A DNA stretch of 64,000 nucleotides, taken from the NCBI GenBank assembly GCA_019057475.1, contig DXJO01000004.1, forward strand, positions 64,001 to 128,000, read 5' to 3'. The stretch comes from Candidatus Thorarchaeota archaeon (lineage in GTDB: Archaea > Asgardarchaeota > Thorarchaeia > Thorarchaeales > Thorarchaeaceae). Under the pieces are notes generated by a model. It worked only from the letters and a program-made list of their open reading frames with translations. It did no database searches and was not told the origin of the DNA. Made by a program: the position numbers and the translations under genes. Shown piece after piece: positions 18,867-28,776 of the stretch (positions are counted from its first letter, which is position 1; each line of letters opens with the position of its first letter).

Positions 18867-18980
18867 TCGGCGGACTATGTCTGTGCTTTCATGAATAGAG
18901 GCGTTGCACACGACCGTCCTGCGAAGGAACAAAAGCGCGGACCAGGATGGGCATCTCTAAGAGAAAAAGGGTGGACTGTA

Positions 18981-19216
18981 CTGCCTGTTTTGCACATAGA
19001 CGAAGCCTCGCTTGTCTTTGGCGGACGGAAGGAGGATGCTGATCCGCGACTTGGACTGAAATACTTTGGGCCATTCCACACGGACGAGAGAAACCAACGC
19101 CACAGATGCGTATCGGAATCATAGCAATGGGCAGTACACATGCCTTAGCAAGAGCGTTTCTGGAGATGCTAGGGATTGAGCAGAAGTCACATAGTAGTAC
19201 GACGAATTCTCTTTGA
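18981..19216 (+). pseudogene. Prokaryotic Argonaute fragment (start of the MID-PIWI region), frameshifted near 19088 and truncated
   Basis: LHIDEASLVFGGRKEDADPRLGLKYFGPF then, in a shifted frame, KPTPQMRIGIIAMGSTHALARAFLEML; matches the EPxLxF...DPRxGLxxFGP...IRxGxIG pattern of pAgos. Confidence 0.65.
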
Positions 19217-19446
19217 TGAATTCTATTCGACGTATCTCTTTGATAGAGTCCGGGTTAGAGTTTCTTTGTTGAAGATGGGTCCGTCGAGAGCAATCATCAT
19301 GTTGGCGTCCTTATGGTGGGAAGATGTCCTTAATGTATATGGTTCGGGTATTCGAAGATAAGCAGTTCGTTTCGACGTTCCGCACATATCGGTCCTCCTA
19401 GATGGGAGAGTATTTGACTAAGCAAGGTTCCCCAAGACACTGGTCG

Positions 19447-20793
19447 ATGCATATGTACGATGCTGTGATTGAGTTCATTGATGATAACATAGAGCGTTCG
19501 ATAGATTCTCTCAAGGAGCTCTGTCGTATCCCAACTGTGGCCGCGAAAGGACAGGGTCTTGAAGAGACCGCGGAACTGGTGAGCAAGATGCTTGAGGACG
19601 CAGGTCTTGAGACCCAGCTTCATAAAACATCCGGAGCACCGGTTGTCACAGCGATTTTCGACGTTGGGGCAAAGAGGACACTCATGTTCTATGACCATTA
19701 TGACGTCCAGCCAGCGGAGCCACTCGACCTCTGGGATTCAGAGCCCTTTGAGCCCGAAGCCCGGAATGGCAGGCTGTACGGTCGGGGGGTGGCTGACAAT
19801 AAAGGCGACACGGTTTCAAGAATCTGGACAATCAAAGCATTCACTGAAACCAAAACCGACCTGCCGGTCAACATCAAGTTCGTTGTGGAAGGTGAAGAGG
19901 AGATTGGAAGCTTGCACCTTCCTGAGTTCACCAAGAAGAATACTGAATTCCTGAAGGCTGATGGAGGGATTTGGGAGTTCGGCGGCGCTGGAATCGATGG
20001 CGTGCAAGAAGCCTGGCTCGGTCTGAAAGGGGTCTTTTTCGTAGAGCTTGAGGTCGAACGCTTAAACAAGGATGTTCACTCAAGCACGGCCTGCATCCTC
20101 CCGTCGGCGGCATATCGTCTAGTTTGGGCGCTGGCTTCACTGAAGGACGAGAATGATAAGATACTCATCGAAGGCTTCTATGATGACGCCAAGCCGCTAT
20201 CAGCAGCTGAGCTTGATGCGATCAAGAAGATAGACATGCACGAGCAGATGTGGAAGACTGAATACGGACTAGACGAGTATCTAATGAGCCTGTCTGGTGA
20301 TGCACTGAAGGAGGCCTACTATAATGCTCCAACCTGCAACATCTGTGGTTTGACGAGTGGTTATCAAGGCAAAGGCTCCATGACAGTTCTTCCTGCAAAA
20401 GCATCGGTCAAGATTGATTTCAGGCTCGTGGAAGACATGGGTCCGAATGACATTCATCGGAAGCTCAGGTTGCACCTAGATAGACGCGGGTTCACAGACG
20501 TGAAGATTTCCTACTCCGAGGGATATCCGGCAGCCAAAACACCGGTTGACCATCCTTTTGTTGAGATTGTCGCAAAGGCTAATCAAAAGGTGTTCGGAGA
20601 CTTGAGGATACAAGTAACGAGCCCTGGCTCTGGGCCTCTCTATCTTTTCAAGGAACATGTTCCAATGGTGTCTATTGGATGTGGAGATTCCAAGAGTAGC
20701 GTGCACTCTCCAAACGAGAGCATAATCTTGGAGAACTATAGGAAATCCATGCATCGTCTTGTCTATGTCATTGACGAGATGGGTCGCTGGTGA
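19447..20793 (+). CDS. M20/M25/M40 metallopeptidase (dipeptidase/deacylase)
   Basis: YDHYDVQP, GRGVADNKG, EGEEEIGS, DVHS, HSPNE; the start could also be 19453. Confidence 0.93.
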   Translation: MHMYDAVIEFIDDNIERSIDSLKELCRIPTVAAKGQGLEETAELVSKMLEDAGLETQLHKTSGAPVVTAIFDVGAKRTLMFYDHYDVQPAEPLDLWDSEPFEPEARNGRLYGRGVADNKGDTVSRIWTIKAFTETKTDLPVNIKFVVEGEEEIGSLHLPEFTKKNTEFLKADGGIWEFGGAGIDGVQEAWLGLKGVFFVELEVERLNKDVHSSTACILPSAAYRLVWALASLKDENDKILIEGFYDDAKPLSAAELDAIKKIDMHEQMWKTEYGLDEYLMSLSGDALKEAYYNAPTCNICGLTSGYQGKGSMTVLPAKASVKIDFRLVEDMGPNDIHRKLRLHLDRRGFTDVKISYSEGYPAAKTPVDHPFVEIVAKANQKVFGDLRIQVTSPGSGPLYLFKEHVPMVSIGCGDSKSSVHSPNESIILENYRKSMHRLVYVIDEMGRW

Positions 20794-20805
20794 TTGCTCG
20801 ACGAT

Positions 20806-21783
20806 TTAGAAAAGGTGACATGCAACAGAATGGCCCGTTTCCACCTCTCGGAATTCAGGGTCCTCCGTCTTGCATTTCTCCATGCACTTCGGGCAGCGCG
20901 GATGAAATCGACAGCCTGAGGGTGGATCTATGGGACTGGGTATCTCTCCCGGTGGAATTGCTTCTGACCTCCGAGCCTTCGGATCAGGCACTGGAATCGC
21001 ACCTATCAGTCCCACAGTATAAGGATGAAGAGGGTTCTCGTAGACTTGGTTCCTGTCTCCGAGCTCAATGACTCGGCCAAGATACATTATCGCTATGCGA
21101 TCACAGACATGTCTTGCTGTCGCTAGATCGTGCGATATGAAGAGGTACGTCAGATCAAGGTCCTTCTTCAGGTCAAGCATGAGTTCAAGCAACTGAGCCT
21201 TGATGGACACGTCTACCATCGCGACTGGTTCGTCTGTGACCACGAATTCGGGGTCCATTATGATAGCTCTTCCGAAGACAACCCTCTGCTTCTGTCCACC
21301 ACTGAGTTGATGTGGGAGCCTATCATAGAATGAACTAGCAGGAGACAATCCCACCTTCTCAAGCACCTCTTCGGCTTTCTCCTTCCTTTCTGCGGGGGTG
21401 CCAAGCTTTTGGAACTTCAATGCGTCCGCTATCGCTTTACCAACTGACAGGCGCGGATTCAACGAAGATGTAGGATCTTGAAACGTGAACTGAAGTCTAC
21501 GCCTGAGAAGCCTGAGTTCCTTCCCTCTGATATCTGCGATATCCTCTCCATCATAGATGATCTGACCCTCAGTGGGTTTGAGTAGACGCACGCATAATCT
21601 TCCCATTGTAGTCTTTCCCGAACCACTCTCGCCAGCAAGACCAAGGGTTTCGCCCTTTTCTATTTGGAGTGAAACATCGTCAATTGCTCTGACAAAAGTT
21701 GTTTCTCCTTTGAACAGTGAATCGATAAAGCCCCTCTGAACGGGGAAGTACATCTTGACATTCTTTGCTTCTATGAGTGCCAT
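20806..21783 (-). CDS. Peptide ABC ATP-binding subunit (OppF/DppF-like)
   Basis: GESGSGKT, LSGGQKQR, TDEP, GCRFHPRC; start at MALIEAK. Confidence 0.93.
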   Translation of the reverse strand: MALIEAKNVKMYFPVQRGFIDSLFKGETTFVRAIDDVSLQIEKGETLGLAGESGSGKTTMGRLCVRLLKPTEGQIIYDGEDIADIRGKELRLLRRRLQFTFQDPTSSLNPRLSVGKAIADALKFQKLGTPAERKEKAEEVLEKVGLSPASSFYDRLPHQLSGGQKQRVVFGRAIIMDPEFVVTDEPVAMVDVSIKAQLLELMLDLKKDLDLTYLFISHDLATARHVCDRIAIMYLGRVIELGDRNQVYENPLHPYTVGLIGAIPVPDPKARRSEAIPPGEIPSPIDPPSGCRFHPRCPKCMEKCKTEDPEFREVETGHSVACHLF

Positions 21784-21785
21784 CC

Positions 21786-22796
21786 TCATTTCCCTCCATA
21801 AAGGTGGCATGCCACTAGTCCACCTGTTTCGCTCTCGATAAGGGGCGGAACCTGCGTCTTGCAGATATCCATTGCCATGGGACATCTGGGATTGAACATA
21901 CACCCAGGGATGGGATCAACCAGATCAGGGGGAGCTCCTGGAATCCACACAAGCTTCTTGTCTGGCTTTGTGACATCCGGAACTGAGAGGAGCAGTGCCT
22001 GGGCATAGGGGTGCTGAGGAGCCTCAAATACGTTCTCTACAGATGCAAGCTCAACTAGTCGACCACAATACATGATTGCGATGTCATCTGCAGTTTGCGC
22101 CAATACGCCGAGATTGTGAGTGATGAGAATCATTGTCAGATTGAACTTCTTTTTCAGTTCCGCCATCTGTTCGAGGATTTGCGCCTCCACAATTACGTCA
22201 AGCGATGTTGTTGGCTCGTCTGATATCAATAGCCGCGGCCGCAAGACCAGACCAAGGCCAATCATCACTCTTTGACGCATTCCTCCGCTGAACTGGTGAG
22301 GGTAGTCTGTCACACGCTCAGGCAAAATACCTAGGCCTTCGAGAACCTCCTTTCCTCGATCAAGAGCTTCTTCTTTTTCTATCTCTGGGTCATGGGCGCG
22401 TATCATCTGAACGAAATGGCTACCAATGGTCAGCATGGGATTCAACGATGTCATGGGGTCCTGAAAGATATAGGCTATCTCCTTGCCGCGAAGAACCCTC
22501 ATTTGCTCTTCATTCAGCTCCGTGATATCGACCTCTCCTTTCGGAATATCTCCCTCCTTACATGGAATATCCTCATCGATGTTGATGTAGATATTTCCAT
22601 CCGCGATTTGCCCAGGATAAGGGACTAGTCGCATTATCGCCCTACCAAGAGTAGATTTACCGCACCCTGATTCCCCAGCCAGACCGAGCGTTCTGTTTTC
22701 CTCGAGACTTAGTCGAATCCGATCCACCGCACGAGCAACGCCCCTGCGTGTCTTGTACTCCACCGTCAAATCCTGAATCCTTAGTGCATTGGTCAT
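21786..22796 (-). CDS. Peptide ABC ATP-binding subunit (OppD/DppD-like)
   Basis: GESGCGKS, FQDPMTSLNP, YPHQFSGGMRQR, DEPTT. Confidence 0.93.
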   Translation of the reverse strand: MTNALRIQDLTVEYKTRRGVARAVDRIRLSLEENRTLGLAGESGCGKSTLGRAIMRLVPYPGQIADGNIYINIDEDIPCKEGDIPKGEVDITELNEEQMRVLRGKEIAYIFQDPMTSLNPMLTIGSHFVQMIRAHDPEIEKEEALDRGKEVLEGLGILPERVTDYPHQFSGGMRQRVMIGLGLVLRPRLLISDEPTTSLDVIVEAQILEQMAELKKKFNLTMILITHNLGVLAQTADDIAIMYCGRLVELASVENVFEAPQHPYAQALLLSVPDVTKPDKKLVWIPGAPPDLVDPIPGCMFNPRCPMAMDICKTQVPPLIESETGGLVACHLYGGK

Positions 22797-22802
22797 TCAG
22801 CA

Positions 22803-24068
22803 TCACTCTCTAAGTTTCGGTGTAAGTATTTCGCTCAGGCCTTCTCCAGCTAGCGTGAATCCAAGCGCGAGGAGCACAATCATTATTCCTGGAAATACCA
22901 TCAGCCACCATTTTCCAATTATCAGCACGCCCCAGCCCGCCGTCAAGTCGTATCCCCAATCAGCAATATCAATGGGGAATCCAAGTCCCACGAAGGTCAG
23001 TCCCGCGGCTGTTAGGATTGCATCTGCGAAGTTAATGGAGAGGACGACTATGGCTGATGGCAGTGCATTCGGGAGAATATACTGGAACAGGATTTCCCAA
23101 TCCCTAGCACCCATGACTACAGCCGCTTCGACATATGGAAGCTCCTTGATTGAGAGCACTTGACTGCGAATGACTCGATAGTACGAGGGAACGTACACTA
23201 CAGCGATAGATATCGCCATGTTGATAATTCCGGGGCCAAGCATGGCCGCGATTGCGATTGCGAGCACGAGGCCTGGAAAGGCAAAGATGCTGTCCATCAC
23301 GAGTGAAACCACTCGGTCGACCATTCCTCCCCTATACGCAGCAGCCAAGCCCGTAGGAACACCTATGATGAAACATACGATCACAGATACAACTGCCACC
23401 TGTAGCATAATTGCTCCCCCTGCGATTGTTCTGCTAAGGAGGTCCTGTCCAAGTTCAGTGGTGCCGAGTGGTGTTCTTGAGCTTGGTGGGGCGAGTGGGA
23501 GACCAACGTCAAGAGTGAAGGGGTCGTGAGGAACAATCCAGTAGGAAATGAATGTCATGTAGACAATTGAGAGTACAAGTAGGATGCCTGCTGTAACTGC
23601 TAGACCTGGATTACCTCGTTCCTTCAGCACTGGGTAGAAATCGTACAGCAAGAGACACGCAAAACCAAGTGTGAATCCGCCAGACACAAGTGCGAACCAG
23701 AGATCCAATGCAGCAGCAGGTAGGACCGCAAAGCTTGCAACAGACACGGCTATCACAATGATGACGCAGAAACCAATGAACCAAATGAATGCCCGCTTCT
23801 TAGTCAGAAACTCCTGTTCAACCATCCATCTACGCCAGGCACTGCTGACCAGCACCAGGAGTCCAATGACGAAGGTTCCCGCAACAACTTGGAGTCCTAT
23901 CCCACTATTGGATCCTACCGCAACCAGAATCAGACCTGAAATATAGATCAATGCCAAGCCAACAAGAGCCAGAAGTGCGAACCACCACTTTCCAGAACGG
24001 TTTTCGAATGTTTCTTTTGTGGGGATTAGTTGGAAGAATACACCACTGATCAATTTTGTTCTATCCAT
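22803..24068 (-). CDS. Peptide ABC permease (OppC/DppC-like) with N-terminal TM extension
   Basis: PLGTTELGQDLLSR, YVEAAVVMGA, ILPN. Confidence 0.9.
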   Translation of the reverse strand: MDRTKLISGVFFQLIPTKETFENRSGKWWFALLALVGLALIYISGLILVAVGSNSGIGLQVVAGTFVIGLLVLVSSAWRRWMVEQEFLTKKRAFIWFIGFCVIIVIAVSVASFAVLPAAALDLWFALVSGGFTLGFACLLLYDFYPVLKERGNPGLAVTAGILLVLSIVYMTFISYWIVPHDPFTLDVGLPLAPPSSRTPLGTTELGQDLLSRTIAGGAIMLQVAVVSVIVCFIIGVPTGLAAAYRGGMVDRVVSLVMDSIFAFPGLVLAIAIAAMLGPGIINMAISIAVVYVPSYYRVIRSQVLSIKELPYVEAAVVMGARDWEILFQYILPNALPSAIVVLSINFADAILTAAGLTFVGLGFPIDIADWGYDLTAGWGVLIIGKWWLMVFPGIMIVLLALGFTLAGEGLSEILTPKLRE

Positions 24069-24080
24069 CGATATCTCTCC

Positions 24081-25091
24081 TCACAATCTGATTCTCGGGT
24101 CAAGGTAAGCGTAGAGAATATCTACAAACAGCGTTAGCATGCTCACGAGAACACCAAAGAAGACGACTGTCCCTTGGATGGCTGTATAGTCCCGGCGACT
24201 GATGCGGGCCACAAGATAAGTTCCCAAGCCCGGCCAGCTGAACGTGGTTTCGGTAAGTATAGCTCCTGCTAGGAGAGCTGCAAATTGAATTCCAATCATC
24301 GTTAGAATTGGCAGGAATGCGTTCCTGAGAGCGTATCTATAGGTGACTGTGCCATTGGAGAGTCCTCTAGCTTGCGCTGCTATGACAAAGTCCATCCTGA
24401 GGGTTTCGAGCATGTTAGTCCGTGTGAAGCGGATGAAGATGCCACACAGTATGGTACCCAATGTTATGGTTGGTAGGATGAGGTACGTGACAGAAGTCAC
24501 CAATGAGAACAAGTCGCCCGCTAGGATACTATCAATTGTGTACAATCCGGTAATTGTTGGTGGAGGAGTATAGCGTCCGGGAAATCTTCTTCCTGTGGGT
24601 AACCATCCAAGCCATATCGAGAAAATGAATTGGAGAACCATTCCTAGGAAAAAGACTGGAATCGCGTACGTCACAATGGAAAAGAGCCTTATCGAGTGAT
24701 CTGTGGTTGTATCATAATTCTTTGAAGCCTTAACACCAAGTGCAAGCCCTAGAAGAACGGCGAAGAGTATGGAGTAGATTGACAGCTCGAGGGTTGCGGG
24801 GAATCTCCCGAACAGGTGCGTGCTAATTGGCTGATAATCTTGCATCGATATACCAAAGTCACCGTGAAATATTCCCCACAGGTAATCAAAATACTGCTCA
24901 AGAATTGGCTTGTCAAGCCCGAGTCTGGTCCGGAACTCGGCAAGGACTACTGGGTCTACACCCTTCTCAAAATGAAGCAAGGCGGGATCACCTGGAATAA
25001 TCCGTAGTATAACAAATACGAGGGTGAGAAGCAGCATGACCATGGGAATCATGAGCAGCACGCGAGAGGTAACATACGATCTTAGAGTCAT
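24081..25091 (-). CDS. Peptide ABC permease (OppB/DppB-like)
   Basis: IPGDPA, LGLDKP, FPATLEL, AQARGL, ETTFSWPGLG, DPRIRL; start at MTLRSY. Confidence 0.92.
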   Translation of the reverse strand: MTLRSYVTSRVLLMIPMVMLLLTLVFVILRIIPGDPALLHFEKGVDPVVLAEFRTRLGLDKPILEQYFDYLWGIFHGDFGISMQDYQPISTHLFGRFPATLELSIYSILFAVLLGLALGVKASKNYDTTTDHSIRLFSIVTYAIPVFFLGMVLQFIFSIWLGWLPTGRRFPGRYTPPPTITGLYTIDSILAGDLFSLVTSVTYLILPTITLGTILCGIFIRFTRTNMLETLRMDFVIAAQARGLSNGTVTYRYALRNAFLPILTMIGIQFAALLAGAILTETTFSWPGLGTYLVARISRRDYTAIQGTVVFFGVLVSMLTLFVDILYAYLDPRIRL

Positions 25092-25204
25092 CCAACACCA
25101 CAACAGCACGTTTCTTTTCTCTACAGCATACTCACACAAACTGAGTCTTAAGGCATGCGGATTAAGCGAAATCCCAATTCAGATCGACTAGTTCCTTTGA
25201 ACGA

Positions 25205-25256
25205 AGAAAAAAGAGAGTTCGGTGCCGCTAAACCGATTAGGATTCAGCAGCACCTA
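25205..25256 (-). terminator. Hairpin plus U-tract after the second SBP gene
   Basis: Minus strand GGTGCTGCTGAAT...GTTTAGCGGCACC stem (with GU pairs) followed by CTCTCTTTTTT. Confidence 0.55.
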
Positions 25257-25272
25257 CCTTTATTGATATATT

Positions 25273-26937
25273 CTACGGGCCGGTTGTTGCCGGAGCTCCC
25301 CAGTACACTAGCCAGTGGCGCCAGCTCACTGTGATGTCAAGAACAACACCGTGAATGCTTGGGCTTGTCACTGCTACAGTGCGGCCTTGCCAGAGCGGAA
25401 TCATTGAGCACTGCTCGGCTTGAAGGTCCTGCAAATCGTAGTAGGCTTCCTGCCTGCCAGCGTCAGTTGTTGCGCTGCGGCCATCAACCCAGAGATTGTA
25501 CTCCGCGACGCCCGCCGCTGGATACGTTTCATTGAAGCCCATGTTGAGCCAAGAGGCAAATGGCAAGAACGCGTAGTTGTCCGGATCGATGTAGTCTGGA
25601 TACCAGCCGTATACATATACGGGCATCGTGCCAGCGTTTCTCTGATCTCTGTATGCAGACCACTCAAGTGATTTTAGGTTGACTTTCATTACACCGCTTG
25701 CTTCAAAATCACTCTTGTATACTGCAGCCTGTTCGGCGCTCTGAGGATAGTGTCCTGAGCTCTCGTAGTACAGGTCAAATTCCAGCTTGTTGTCTGCATC
25801 GTAACCATGCAGAGCAAACATCGCCAAGGTATGGGAGTAGTTTGCACCAGTTCCATAGATCTCAAATGACGGCCTGTGATATGCCATACCGGCAGGCACT
25901 ATGGTTTCCAATGGATCTGCATTGCCAAGGAATACAGTTTCGCAGACGTGGCTCTTGTTAAGAGCTGCTGCTATACCCTGCCTGATATCAGTTTCATTGA
26001 ATGGATAGATGTCTTGCTGGAAGCACATGTACTGTATCGCAGCACCAATTCCATCCCAGACACGAACATCGGCGTTCTCTCTGAAAGCATTTACTTGTGC
26101 GGCCGACATGTGCCTGTATGCAATGTCAATATCGCCAGCTAGCATTGCTGACGTTAAGGCTGTGTCAGTCGAATAGAATTGGATGATAATCACATCTGCC
26201 TTGGGGTATACTGGGCCATTCCAGTAGTTGGGGTTCTTCTCTAGCCGCATCTGTTGATCTTCACCGCCAACCCGTGTCCAGTTCGCCAAGATGAATGGTC
26301 CTAGACCATTTGGATGGCTGCCCCGTGTATCACCTTCAGTATACTCCACGTAATGATCAAGTGGTGCATAATCTGGATGAACCATGTATGATGCCGCGCA
26401 GGACATCAGTTGCAGAAACGGAGCGAATGACATATGCAGATTGAATCTTACGACATAGTCGCTGATTATTTCAACATTGTCGATGATGTCAGCATAACCC
26501 ATGTTGAATTGCGGGCCATCAGGCTCTTGCAGTCCGGTACCTGTGAGATTGCAGTTTCTGTCAAAGGTGTATTTAACGACCGAAGCATTGAATGCTGTTC
26601 CATCCTCGAAAGTTATACCTTCTCGCAGATTGAAATCCCATTGTTTTCCCCCATCGGTTGCTAACCAACTTTCGGCGAGTGCGGGCAGAATATCATCTGC
26701 TCCACCGGCCGACCCGGGTTCGATTTCAACTAGCCCCGAACTGAGAGCTGTAATAATTTCCCAGCCGAAGTAGTCATATGATTGGGCCATGTCAATGCTC
26801 GCTTCCACAGAGTCAGTGGTTCCCATAAGGATAGTACCACCTGGGGGAATTGGCGGAAACATAATCATGTATCCGGCTACCGCCCCCGCGATAACAACGA
26901 TAATGACCACAATAGCAATAGTTTGTTTTTGTTCCAA
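25273..26937 (-). CDS. Family 5 peptide ABC substrate-binding protein with N-terminal TM anchor
   Basis: AAAGGAGG SD before TTG 26937; PALAESW, FEDGTAFNASVVKYTFDR, GLGPF, NPNYW, GWYPDYIDPDNY. Confidence 0.9.
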   Translation of the reverse strand: MEQKQTIAIVVIIVVIAGAVAGYMIMFPPIPPGGTILMGTTDSVEASIDMAQSYDYFGWEIITALSSGLVEIEPGSAGGADDILPALAESWLATDGGKQWDFNLREGITFEDGTAFNASVVKYTFDRNCNLTGTGLQEPDGPQFNMGYADIIDNVEIISDYVVRFNLHMSFAPFLQLMSCAASYMVHPDYAPLDHYVEYTEGDTRGSHPNGLGPFILANWTRVGGEDQQMRLEKNPNYWNGPVYPKADVIIIQFYSTDTALTSAMLAGDIDIAYRHMSAAQVNAFRENADVRVWDGIGAAIQYMCFQQDIYPFNETDIRQGIAAALNKSHVCETVFLGNADPLETIVPAGMAYHRPSFEIYGTGANYSHTLAMFALHGYDADNKLEFDLYYESSGHYPQSAEQAAVYKSDFEASGVMKVNLKSLEWSAYRDQRNAGTMPVYVYGWYPDYIDPDNYAFLPFASWLNMGFNETYPAAGVAEYNLWVDGRSATTDAGRQEAYYDLQDLQAEQCSMIPLWQGRTVAVTSPSIHGVVLDITVSWRHWLVYWGAPATTGP

Positions 26938-27169
26938 GAGGAATCCTCCTTTCACGCAGCACAAATAATTGTGTGTGTGCTATAAACTCCCCCTTATGCT
27001 GTATATAAGTAATCCCACAAAAGCCATTGTAACAGCGACGATGGTTCGGCAAGTGACGATGGTGTTATCGAGCTAATCGTTACATTGCTGACCCTTTTGG
27101 AACCATATGTGGTGTGCGGCCTTTAATATGTCATAGCCAAGTCTGAGGGACTAAGGGAAGCAAAACTGG

Positions 27170-28765
27170 TCAGGGAAGTGGTGGTCTTATCGAAACCTCT
27201 TTCTCCCATTCAACCGCAAAGCTGTACTCTATGGCTAATTTCTTCTGCGATTCGATACTCGTTTCCCACTCAATGACACCAAGCTCGGTCTTCTTGGGAA
27301 TCAATGAAGGCGTCTTCAACTCGACCTCAATCTTCTCGGATGAGCTATATGGTATTCTGTCCACAATTCGGATCTCTATGGTATCCTTTGAGAAGTTCTT
27401 CAGCTCAATCCTGTACTTGTAGTCGCGCCTCTTCTTGCCTCTGGTGAATCCAGCCTTTTCCGTGTCCTTCTCGACTAGCTTCTTTTCAGCCTTAACATCA
27501 TATGACGTCCTGGTGCCAAGCTGAAACTTCTCGCGAGGTGCTATGAGTGATAGATTGGTTTCGCCTATGAAATCACCAGCCGCATAGACTTTAACATTTC
27601 CAGGTAGCAGAACAGAATCGCCATTCGTAATCTCGTCCTGTGCAACAACTTCGGGCATTGCATAAGCATTCCAGAAGTGCAGCCGTCTGGATTCGAACTT
27701 CTCCTCTGTGAGAGTGACTGGATGAGGGTCATCATCTGAGGGAATGTCGAGTCTGCCAGGCACGTCGTAGATTACCGTACCTCCCAAGGTTTCTGTTGCC
27801 TCAGCATAGGTTTCAATCATATCAACCAATGGTTCCTCTTCATAGGCCTTCTCTACTTCATCGTCGAGGTAGTCCATGTCTTTGGACATTTCCGCCTTGG
27901 CAACGCGGGTTTCTCCGAAACCAGATGGCCCAGATCCTTCCGCAGCATATGGTCTATAGACATCCACATAGAACGGTGTTGGTTCTACTGCCTCAACTGG
28001 GCGTGCTGATGCTGTGGAGACCACGAGCTCGATATCCTCCCAATCCTCAAGGGTGTGGTTGTAGATCTGTGCGATTCTCTTTACTGATGCAGTGTTTTCA
28101 CCAACGTCAACATCATAGGTCGGACTCCATCCTGCTCCCCCTATCTGATATGTCACCTCGAGTTCGATTCTGGTGTTCTCCTGAACTTCTACCGTAACGT
28201 TTACGTCCGTGGTTGTGATTATCCGCATCTGACCTTGGACTCTCTGAATGTTGCTGTGGAGTACTTGTATCTCAGCATCTAACTTCTCAAGATCTTCGCG
28301 AAGCTCTCGCTGTTTCTTCTTGGCATCGCTCAGAAGCTTGAGCGTAGTCCTGTCCATCGTGCTGAGATGATCCATTGTACTTTCGCCGGCCGCAAACCAC
28401 TTTCCAAACTCAGCCGAGAACTGTTGCATTATGGATGACAAATGGGCAGCTCTAGATTCTTGATACTGGATGCTGTCTGAAACTTCAACTCGCTTCTTCT
28501 CCAGGACCTCTAGGTTCTTCTTCATCTCCTTGAGTTCACCTGGGGGCTCGAAGACTGAACTCGTTTTCTTTACATCAATGCCCCTTAGGATGGCAGCTCC
28601 CTTGCCTTTCACTCGGAAACTATCATCATGCGCATACTCGGAGATGCCTGTTATCAGAACAACGTGTTCTCCGGGTATGAGCTCTGTCTTGCCGGAACGA
28701 GTAATTCTAGCACCATCGCGGAATACTGTAACCTCGGTAATCCTTGTAGTCATTTCTTTTTTCAT
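27170..28765 (-). CDS. DUF4140/DUF4139 (TIGR02231, MuiA-like) protein, paralog 2
   Basis: ITEVTVFRDGARITR, coiled coil, TYQIGGAGWSPTYD, TLEDW..LVVSTA, LLPGNVKVY, DRIPYS. Confidence 0.85.
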   Translation of the reverse strand: MKKEMTTRITEVTVFRDGARITRSGKTELIPGEHVVLITGISEYAHDDSFRVKGKGAAILRGIDVKKTSSVFEPPGELKEMKKNLEVLEKKRVEVSDSIQYQESRAAHLSSIMQQFSAEFGKWFAAGESTMDHLSTMDRTTLKLLSDAKKKQRELREDLEKLDAEIQVLHSNIQRVQGQMRIITTTDVNVTVEVQENTRIELEVTYQIGGAGWSPTYDVDVGENTASVKRIAQIYNHTLEDWEDIELVVSTASARPVEAVEPTPFYVDVYRPYAAEGSGPSGFGETRVAKAEMSKDMDYLDDEVEKAYEEEPLVDMIETYAEATETLGGTVIYDVPGRLDIPSDDDPHPVTLTEEKFESRRLHFWNAYAMPEVVAQDEITNGDSVLLPGNVKVYAAGDFIGETNLSLIAPREKFQLGTRTSYDVKAEKKLVEKDTEKAGFTRGKKRRDYKYRIELKNFSKDTIEIRIVDRIPYSSSEKIEVELKTPSLIPKKTELGVIEWETSIESQKKLAIEYSFAVEWEKEVSIRPPLP

Positions 28766-28776
28766 GTTCTCTCACC

